Origin: Nanobdellota archaeon
GTDB taxonomy: Archaea > Nanobdellota > Nanobdellia > Pacearchaeales > GW2011-AR1
Reading direction: 5' to 3'
Assembly: GCA_038046005.1 (NCBI GenBank)
Contig: JBBSXB010000014.1
Location: 1 to 13,682, forward strand
DNA: 13,682 nt
Of this stretch, positions 8,301 through 13,682 are shown one piece after another. The position numbers were made by a program, and so were the translations under genes. Position 1 is the first letter of the stretch; each line of letters opens with the position of its first letter. Under the pieces are notes generated by a model that was given only the letters and a program-made list of their open reading frames with translations, was not told where the DNA came from and ran no database searches.

Positions 8301-8677
8301 TAAGCTTAACAAGTGCAACAATAAATATTTCTAGTACACCACAAACTGCAACATTGTCAAAAGGCGAAACTAAAAAGTTTGATATTACAAGCGATGGTTA
8401 TTACGATATTGCTGTTACTTTAAATGATATAACAATAGTCAACAATACGGCGACGAGAATTGATTTAGCCATTAAGCAAGATTCTGGCCAGGTTTCGCCA
8501 TCTGCTCCAAGTTCGGGAAGTGGGGAAACTAAAGGGAACACTACTGATGGTATTAATCAAGAAACAGGGCAGAAGAATTCTGTTTCACAAGGAAGTTCAT
8601 GGTGGATTTGGGCCTTAATTGTTGTTGTAATTTTAGCAGTTATTGGATTTATTCTTTACAAGAAGAAGAAAAAATAG
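5309..8677 (+). CDS. Large secreted, C-terminally anchored cell-surface glycoprotein (S-layer/adhesin-like, Ig-like beta domains)
   Basis: Basic plus hydrophobic signal peptide; about 60+ N-x-S/T sequons by manual count; DTTAP Ig-like boundary; IRLPHFS motif; T/S/G linker; C-terminal TM helix followed by KKKKK. Confidence 0.88.
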   Translation: MKKRLNKRLNKKIFVLGLLSILLVTSLYFVFAAHVIKTSAGTTAFSVNQITSNFYNFSVNNTDAGLNANITFVNVTLPLEFTYVVNTNTTDVAVSAFTNISTVLSWSNTTSIAYLVNGSGKQFFGFNATASTPGTYNITVTTVNATSSYSTNLSVTVNDTTAPAINFVSPTTLSANTFYIRSNITFNVTSNDSVGIGTINATLYNSNNVLINSSALSSSPFAGTFAGLGDGIYYLNASVNDTSGNTNSTSTLKIILASNSFEFNGTVYDTEGNALNNSLINISVRDTSNQFSVVGYISTTTNSSGWFNLSIYQEITNSTWMYQPVMTLTNSTSNYVQYIGQSLPAFPGMIIQQIAGTKFYLKEAGTLNITAVNATGASVPFKYQIKDIKLGYPIAEEFQNDVTQKTIYVPKDRNYSIMIFPNASMPVSFEWNNFSATTDYTLSDSFSNYNNSTKTLHKRFNISMSYVRLYGYVNASGVSGWNNFTVVAYMLEPGDMVHAERGAIPYNLSAFFVVGGTDIYNNSNGFYNISLPSTAEISSLMLFATGTNNSVAYGSLMNVSFNSTASPAGFNISRNFTMYRLLGSPATISLNNLGGNTFNVSTAMYSFGLINSSNVTLSNINAHSEITVDYSSNISGIRSFTWIADVGQGSSSSLQAPLLNISSIGIKEINVFAGGGNYAPKRTTFTNAQLQSARNITTSSFNPGKIDGSSLSGLKIALFKSNLTCDVPNPSSACVLGSTEDTGGESFSNFNPMKSVMGGGKISFRMGLLSSGIIVHYVNVDMLASGPPDALFDDSATTSTSGSFESAMRFGSNGPTIYDYVIVSMPYTEGNSSTTGLSESGQVNISIPLFYDESWGVIWNATANGTNGTYLSGNNSHYSTYSSQWETLMRNNTCVTDVSIFNSTNPCYINTTSNRIWIRLPHFSGTQPSITGSVITATATTTSSSSSSGGGSSSSSSGVTYTVSESQFLQGYSRNLVTKDKLKFNVSNESHTLEVTSISLTSATINISSTPQTATLSKGETKKFDITSDGYYDIAVTLNDITIVNNTATRIDLAIKQDSGQVSPSAPSSGSGETKGNTTDGINQETGQKNSVSQGSSWWIWALIVVVILAVIGFILYKKKKK
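5315..5342 (+). repeat. 12-bp tandem repeat AAGAGATTGAAT x2.3
   Basis: Copies at 5315-5326 and 5327-5338 plus AAGA; in frame, encoding KRLN-KRLN-K in the signal peptide n-region. Confidence 0.85.
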
Positions 8678-8735
8678 TTTCTAGACAATGCTTTATTATC
8701 ACAAATTATTTAATCTTTATTCTATCTTAAGTTTA

Positions 8736-9344
8736 ATGGAAATTGATCCTATTGAGCTAGCTAAGAATACAGAAATTTGCAGAAACTGCATAAATATCGT
8801 TGTTGGGAAAGGAAATGAGAATGCAAAAATAATGTTTGTTGGAGAGGCTCCTGGAAAAAATGAAGATGAGCAAGGGTTGCCTTTTGTTGGAAAGGCTGGA
8901 AAGAATTTGGATGATATGCTGGCGAAAGTTGGCTTGAGCTTGGATGATGTTTACATAGCTAATATACTCAAATGCAGACCTCCAGAAAACAGGGCACCTT
9001 TACCTGATGAGATTAAAGCTCACACCCCTTGGCTCATAAAACAAATTCTAGAGATAAAACCTAAAGTTATTTGTTCTTTAGGGAATTATTCAACTAAATT
9101 TTTTCTGGCTGATGGTGATGTTGATTCTATGGACAAACAGCCCGGTATTACAAGCATTCATGGAAAGGTTAAAATTATAAATTTTAAAGGTCTGAACATA
9201 AAGCTTATTCCGTTATTTCATCCTGCAGCAATCATATACAATAAGTCTTTACTTTCTTTATGGGAGGCCGACATGGGCATTGTTAAGAGAGAAATAACTC
9301 AGAGAGAGAAAGTTGTTAATGAAGAAAAGCAGGCTACTTTGTAA
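8736..9344 (+). CDS. udg: Uracil-DNA glycosylase, family 4
   Basis: Motif A FVGEAPG, PFVGKAG, N.LKCRPPENR, motif B FHPAA. Start ATG 8736 is preferred over 8688 because a TATA-like TATTTAAT (8707-8714) sits at 21-nt spacing. Confidence 0.93.
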   Translation: MEIDPIELAKNTEICRNCINIVVGKGNENAKIMFVGEAPGKNEDEQGLPFVGKAGKNLDDMLAKVGLSLDDVYIANILKCRPPENRAPLPDEIKAHTPWLIKQILEIKPKVICSLGNYSTKFFLADGDVDSMDKQPGITSIHGKVKIINFKGLNIKLIPLFHPAAIIYNKSLLSLWEADMGIVKREITQREKVVNEEKQATL

Positions 9345-9382
9345 AGAGATATTCTTTTAAAGGGTTCATTTGTAGTGTTTTT

Positions 9383-9895
9383 ATGGTAAAGAAGACTTTA
9401 TATGATGCAGTATCAGTATATCTCGTTTCCAAGTTCGAGAATGATTGGAAAATTTTATTGGGGTATCATTTAAATCATAATGCTTGGCTACCAATTGCTG
9501 GAAAGAAGAAGCTTAATGAGTTTCCAGATGATACTGCAAGAAGAGAAGTCAAAGAAGAATTGGGTGTAGAAATAGCTTTTTTGCAATATAAACCTCCTAG
9601 ACCTGGAAATCAAAAAGAATATGCTATGCCATTTTTGGTAACAAGACAGCCCAAGAAAGATGGTACATTTTATTATGATCAAGCGTATTTGTGTGCCCCA
9701 GAATCTCTTGATTTTACTATCAATGAAGAATTTAGCACTGTCGCTTGGTTTGATGAAAACGGGCTAGAAAATGCTTATCCTCCGATAAAGCCGGGAGTCA
9801 AGTTCTCAGCCATTGAGGCAATAGCAACTATAAAAAAACTTGAGGGGGAGAAAGAACCTGGAGGATTAAGAGGGCTTTTAAAAAAGATTATCTAA
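9383..9895 (+). CDS. NUDIX hydrolase with intact Nudix box
   Basis: G-KKKLN-E-FPDDTAR-REVKEELGV fits GX5EX7REUXEEXGU; TATA CTTTTAAA (9354-9361) 21 nt upstream. Confidence 0.9.
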   Translation: MVKKTLYDAVSVYLVSKFENDWKILLGYHLNHNAWLPIAGKKKLNEFPDDTARREVKEELGVEIAFLQYKPPRPGNQKEYAMPFLVTRQPKKDGTFYYDQAYLCAPESLDFTINEEFSTVAWFDENGLENAYPPIKPGVKFSAIEAIATIKKLEGEKEPGGLRGLLKKII

Positions 9896-10002
9896 TTAGT
9901 TTTCACAAATTTGTAATGTGCATCAGAAGTTTTTTTGTTGCATTTTAGGCAATTTTCTTTTAAAGTATAACTGCTGCAGGCCTTGCATTTTTTGAGTTTC
10001 AT
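9892..10002 (-). CDS. nop10: Nop10-like zinc-ribbon protein, 36 aa (absent from the ORF track)
   Basis: Manual translation MKLKKCKACSSYTLKENCLKCNKKTSDAHYKFVKTN* matches the archaeal Nop10 pattern CxxC-xxYTLK-xxCxxC-xxxTxxAH. ATGA overlap with the upstream gene; downstream of aIF2-alpha, as is conserved in archaea. Confidence 0.88.
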   Translation of the reverse strand: MKLKKCKACSSYTLKENCLKCNKKTSDAHYKFVKTN

Positions 10003-10274
10003 TCTTCTTGACTTTCAATATTCATTAATATACTGTTTGTCTCATTTGAGAGTTTCTGTATCGCTTCTTTTTCTGTTACGTCTGGATTTTTTTCAAGATG
10101 TTTTAAAACAAAGCTTGCTCCAGCGACCCCGAATATCTTCATTTCTTGAGAGCAATCTAGACTTCTCAATACATGCTTTATTGTTTCCTCTGTTTCAGAG
10201 TGTGGTTTCATCTTTTTGTAAGACAAAGCAGAACTTGCTCCGACCATCACCAAAATTCTCTTATCTTTTATCAT
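9999..10274 (-). CDS. Hypothetical small helical protein with a two-fold internal repeat
   Basis: VGASSALSYKKMKPHSETEETIKHV vs AGASFVLKHLEKNPDVTEKEAIQKL. ATG 10274 has TTTAAAAA (10303-10296) at 21 nt and is preferred over TTG 10289. Confidence 0.8.
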   Translation of the reverse strand: MIKDKRILVMVGASSALSYKKMKPHSETEETIKHVLRSLDCSQEMKIFGVAGASFVLKHLEKNPDVTEKEAIQKLSNETNSILMNIESQEE

Positions 10275-10322
10275 TGTAAAAATAATCAATTACTCTTTTT
10301 AAATTTATATTCTCTTAAGAAT

Positions 10323-10730
10323 CTATTTTAAGTTCATAATATACTCTTTAAGTCTTGGATGAAAAGAGGTTGTAAAATGTTTTTCTAGTTCGTCTGGGGA
10401 AACCCATTTTAACTCTTTTAAATCATCCCCTGCTTTTTGCTTTCCTTTAAACACTTCGCATAAAAAATACATTAATATCAAATCTTTTCTTTCAGGTGGT
10501 ACTCTTGTGAAAATTGCTCCAAGATTCTTAACATCATAGCCAGTTTTTTCTTTTATCCTTTTTTTTAATTTTTTATCTTCATCTTCCCCCTGAATTAGCT
10601 TTCCACCCGGAAAGCACCAGCTTAATTTAGGGTTGTACCTATCTTTTTCTCTTTTGCCGATTAGAATTTTTCTTGTTGCTGGGTCGAATATAACTCCTAA
10701 TAATGCCACTTCAAACATCTTGTTTTCCAT
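10323..10730 (-). CDS. NUDIX-fold protein with degenerate catalytic box
   Basis: ILIGKR, WCFPGGK, AGDDLKELKWV are MutT-like, but the box reads G-X5-E-X7-KRIKEKTG instead of REUXEEXG. Confidence 0.85.
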   Translation of the reverse strand: MENKMFEVALLGVIFDPATRKILIGKREKDRYNPKLSWCFPGGKLIQGEDEDKKLKKRIKEKTGYDVKNLGAIFTRVPPERKDLILMYFLCEVFKGKQKAGDDLKELKWVSPDELEKHFTTSFHPRLKEYIMNLK

Positions 10731-10806
10731 AAATCTTTATTTCAATAATCGTATTTAAGCTTTGTGATTCTCATCTACATAACTTAGATATTTTTCCAGA
10801 AATTAT

Positions 10807-11514
10807 TCACTTCTCTTTAATGCTAAAATCAATCCCTTCTTTTTTCGCTTTTTTTTCAGTATTTATGAGGATTTCTTTGATTGTTGTGTCAGCTTTTTTT
10901 GGGTCGCTTGACTCTATCTTTATAGTGTAATTTCCTGCGGAGATGTACCTTATTTCGGCTTCTTTAATTTCTCCCATAAGTTTTTTGATTAGCTCTATCC
11001 CATTTGGTTTTGAAGAGCTGAATGTAAACTCTTTCTTTACAATGATTTTTTTCTGTTTTTGGTTTTTTAAAATTTCCAAAACTTTTGAGGCTTTTTCTTT
11101 TCCAACAATTTTTTCAAATTGCAAAGAGTTTTCTTTAGCAGCTTCGAGGAAATCGAATATTGGAGTTTCTTTTAAAATTTCAGCCATAATCTCTTCAGAG
11201 TTTTCTCCAAGAATTGTTTTTAATATGCTTTTGTAACTCTTTTCTAGATTATATCTTTCTTTTATTTCTTTTTGTTCTTTTGGGGTAACTCGTCTTAAAG
11301 ACAAATCAACATGGCCGTTTGATGTCCTTAATACTTTGCAGATTATACTTTTTTTAGGAACAACATAGTCTCTTAAATTTCTTATTCTTCCAGGTGCTAT
11401 CTCGCTGAGGATTATGCTCCCTTCCCCGTTTCCGTCTATCCTGACAAAAACTGTGGCCCCGACTATCCTGTCAACAGTGCACATTACTATGTCTCCTTGT
11501 TCTAAATTTGCCAT
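10807..11514 (-). CDS. eif2a: Translation initiation factor 2 alpha subunit (aIF2-alpha)
   Basis: S1 domain GDIVMCTV...GSIILSEIAPGRIRNLRDYV...ICKVLR...VDLSLRRV; C-terminal IRYISAGNYTI. Confidence 0.92.
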   Translation of the reverse strand: MANLEQGDIVMCTVDRIVGATVFVRIDGNGEGSIILSEIAPGRIRNLRDYVVPKKSIICKVLRTSNGHVDLSLRRVTPKEQKEIKERYNLEKSYKSILKTILGENSEEIMAEILKETPIFDFLEAAKENSLQFEKIVGKEKASKVLEILKNQKQKKIIVKKEFTFSSSKPNGIELIKKLMGEIKEAEIRYISAGNYTIKIESSDPKKADTTIKEILINTEKKAKKEGIDFSIKEK

Positions 11515-11595
11515 AAAATATTGAGAATTAGGGGGGTTTTAAAGGTTATGATTAAGGAGAGAAATGGTTAAAAATGAAGAAAACTTTTGGACTTA

Positions 11596-11946
11596 ATGTC
11601 ATTAGGAGATTCATGTGCAGAACCAACGCCGGTAGAAAGAGAAAATGCGGCATATATTAAAGGATGGGCTCAAGGATCTAAGCAAGGAGAAAATTATGGA
11701 TTGCTCTTGAATATAACTATTAACCAATTAGTTGGTGCTCAATATTTTTTGGATGAAAGACATTTTGACTTATCTGTAGCAAAATCTATTTTGTCTTCTG
11801 TTCAATCTACTTATATCCCTTTTCTTAAAAGATTTTCTAAAGATTATAGGGGCGTTAATATAACTAGCGTTGCTTATGTAGCTGACCAAATACGTGAGAT
11901 TAATGAAAGAATTTCTTCTCTAGAGAAAAAATCAAAATCTCCCTAA
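11596..11946 (+). CDS. Hypothetical protein
   Basis: Lone + strand ORF between aIF2a and GAN. ATG 11596 has GTTAAAAA (11567-11574) at 21 nt and is preferred over TTG 11587. Helical/coiled-coil-like C-terminus. Confidence 0.7.
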   Translation: MSLGDSCAEPTPVERENAAYIKGWAQGSKQGENYGLLLNITINQLVGAQYFLDERHFDLSVAKSILSSVQSTYIPFLKRFSKDYRGVNITSVAYVADQIREINERISSLEKKSKSP

Positions 11947-13280
11947 ACCTTAACAAGTTCAACTTCAAGATTCTTTTTTAAAAGTTCTATGAATTCTGCT
12001 TCTTTTTTTTGCGAGATGTTGCAGCCTGCTGCAGATTCATGTCCGCCAACTTCGCCTCCGATTTTTTCCACCACTGCCGCTAATATTTCACGAGCATTTC
12101 TCCCATTTCTCCCGACTATCCTTGCAGAGACTTTTATTTTGTCGTCATAGTGGGCCATTGTGATTATTATTGTTCCATCCTCATATAAAGAAGAATGTTG
12201 TAATATGCTTGCTATTGTTCCAACAATCGTGTCTTTCATGCTTTTTTGGGCATTTATTATAAGGAATTTTCGACCCTCAATCTTTTCTATTTTCGGCAGA
12301 CTTTTGATTGCAGATATCAAATGCTGTTTGTATTTTATGTGCAGAGTTTCCGCTTTTTTTCTTGCTGAAGGAATTTCCATCAAAAACTGCAAAGCTGCTG
12401 TTGATTCCCCTATCCTTGAACAAGCATTTATCATGGCACTTATCTCTCTCGCATCTTCAAGCTTGTTAAAAAGTTTTATAAGAAAAATATCTCCAACAAT
12501 CTCACTGGTTTTGCATTTGGGATTTCTCAACATTATTGCAGTTATGAGTTTTTCCATCTCGGTTTTGTCAAGATCTATTATGCTTTTGTATTTTCCATTC
12601 TCAGGACTTAATCCTGCTTCCCTTAACAGCTCTATGACTCCTTCTGTGCTTCCAGTTACTCCAGGAATCAAAGGCTGTGAACAATATTCTAACACTCTAT
12701 TCAGAGGTCTTGTTGAAGGATAAATTAATAGTCCTCTTTTTCTTTTTATTTCTGCATCTTCAAGTATGTGGTTGTTTACTTTGTCGATTTCTTTTTCTAA
12801 CATATCCCCAACCATTCCTAAGACTGCGAATTTTGCGAGGTCTTTGTTTTTTTCGTCTATTGTTTTACAAAATAGGTAGACTAAACTTGAGCTGCTGATT
12901 TTCTGTTTTTCATGAAGTTCTGGGTTTACTATTTCAACTTCATTTGGGATTTTGTCCACTATCTCATGATGGTCAATGATGAAAACGTCTTTAATATCAT
13001 GCTCAATAATATGGTGAAAGCTTCCAGATGCTAAATCCAGAAACAGTGTAATTTTATTTTTTGAAAGATTTTTTATTGTTTTTTCATCCAGACTTTTGAC
13101 TATCTTAAGAGAAAATTTTTTGTCAAGTCTTTTTAGGACTTTAGTCATTATCACTGCAGAACAGATTCCATCAGTATCAAAGTGGCTTACGACCTGTATT
13201 TCTTTGTTCTTTGATTTTTCCAGAAATTTTTCTGAGACATAGTCTATCTGCTGTTGTAGAGATTCTTTTAATTCACCCAT
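11943..13280 (-). CDS. DHH-family RecJ/Cdc45-like nuclease (probable GAN, GINS-associated nuclease)
   Basis: Motifs SHFDTDG, FLDL, IIDHH, GMVGD, NACSR, and DHHA1 GGHESAAG. It is immediately downstream of uS15, the conserved position of GAN in euryarchaea. Confidence 0.9.
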   Translation of the reverse strand: MGELKESLQQQIDYVSEKFLEKSKNKEIQVVSHFDTDGICSAVIMTKVLKRLDKKFSLKIVKSLDEKTIKNLSKNKITLFLDLASGSFHHIIEHDIKDVFIIDHHEIVDKIPNEVEIVNPELHEKQKISSSSLVYLFCKTIDEKNKDLAKFAVLGMVGDMLEKEIDKVNNHILEDAEIKRKRGLLIYPSTRPLNRVLEYCSQPLIPGVTGSTEGVIELLREAGLSPENGKYKSIIDLDKTEMEKLITAIMLRNPKCKTSEIVGDIFLIKLFNKLEDAREISAMINACSRIGESTAALQFLMEIPSARKKAETLHIKYKQHLISAIKSLPKIEKIEGRKFLIINAQKSMKDTIVGTIASILQHSSLYEDGTIIITMAHYDDKIKVSARIVGRNGRNAREILAAVVEKIGGEVGGHESAAGCNISQKKEAEFIELLKKNLEVELVKV

Positions 13281-13291
13281 TTTAAAAATAA

Positions 13292-13654
13292 TTAAGCTTC
13301 TTTTAATGAAACTTTGAGCCTTCTTATCTGAGAAGCTAATCTTTCCCTTTCTCTCATGGCCCTTTTATCTTGCTTGTTTTTTTGATAATGACTTCTTATT
13401 TTGAGAAGTTTCTCTTCAATATTTTTTAAGTCGGGGCTTCTGTACAGGCTATTTTTTCTTAGGATATCGGATATTTTTTTACTATATTCTTTAGGATGTA
13501 TATTTTCTTTTCTCAGCATTTCCCCTATTTTTTCAGATGTAATGCCTTTTTTTCCAAGTTCAACTACCTTGTTCTCAAATTCGTTTTCTCCTATCTTTTG
13601 AATTGGTTCCTTCTCTGATTTTTCTTTTGCTTTCTTTGCTGATTTTTTTGGCAT
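13292..13654 (-). CDS. rps15: 30S ribosomal protein uS15 (S15P/S13e), divergent and shortened
   Basis: VVELGKKGITSEKIGEMLR, KISDIL, PDL.N, HYQKNKQDK, SQIRRL match the archaeal uS15 core; adjacent to the GAN-like gene. Confidence 0.88.
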   Translation of the reverse strand: MPKKSAKKAKEKSEKEPIQKIGENEFENKVVELGKKGITSEKIGEMLRKENIHPKEYSKKISDILRKNSLYRSPDLKNIEEKLLKIRSHYQKNKQDKRAMRERERLASQIRRLKVSLKEA

Positions 13655-13682
13655 TTGCTAAAATCGTGAAAAGCGTTTTTAA

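Noticed and set aside
8688-8735. N-terminal extension of UDG in the ORF track
   Set aside because: It looks like intergenic/promoter sequence; ATG 8736 fits the TATA spacing.
375-10730. A dedicated defence island (MTase, NUDIX, UDG, orphans)
   Set aside because: The methyltransferase lacks DNA-MTase motifs (DPPY occurs but not in a catalytic context, and the GNMT-like motifs dominate); there is no nuclease/ATPase effector, and the genes are interspersed with core housekeeping genes.
12160-12723. 187-aa antisense ORF
   Set aside because: Shadow of the GAN-like gene with no recognisable motifs.
716-13601. Other short nested or antisense ORFs (716, 855, 2207, 4126, 4699, 4760, 6335, 6964, 9488, 9983, 10943, 12677, 13401)
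   Set aside because: All overlap better-supported genes and show shadow-frame composition.

Overview
AT-rich, gene-dense archaeal window, most likely a DPANN organism (Pacearchaeota/Woesearchaeota-like). This is inferred from archaeal RadA, RPA, aIF2-alpha, GAN and family-4 UDG, and from trimmed uS15 and Nop10 proteins. It holds a DNA repair/nucleotide-pool cluster (RPA, YdjM-like hydrolase, RadA, NDK, UDG, two NUDIX proteins), a 1122-aa heavily glycosylatable surface protein, and a rearranged remnant of the archaeal uS15-GAN and aIF2a-Nop10 neighbourhoods, interspersed with orphan genes. Items not shown by the ORF track: (1) an IS200/IS605-type terminal hairpin at 21-51 that truncates an MFS gene; (2) a 36-aa Nop10 at 9892-10002; (3) a TATA box 20-22 nt (mostly exactly 21) upstream of most start codons, implying leaderless mRNAs. 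Also notable are a glycine/sarcosine N-methyltransferase-like gene, a NUDIX with a degenerate catalytic box, and a UDG with altered Fe-S ligands. No tRNA, rRNA or CRISPR array was seen. All family calls come from motif recognition by eye, not database searches.
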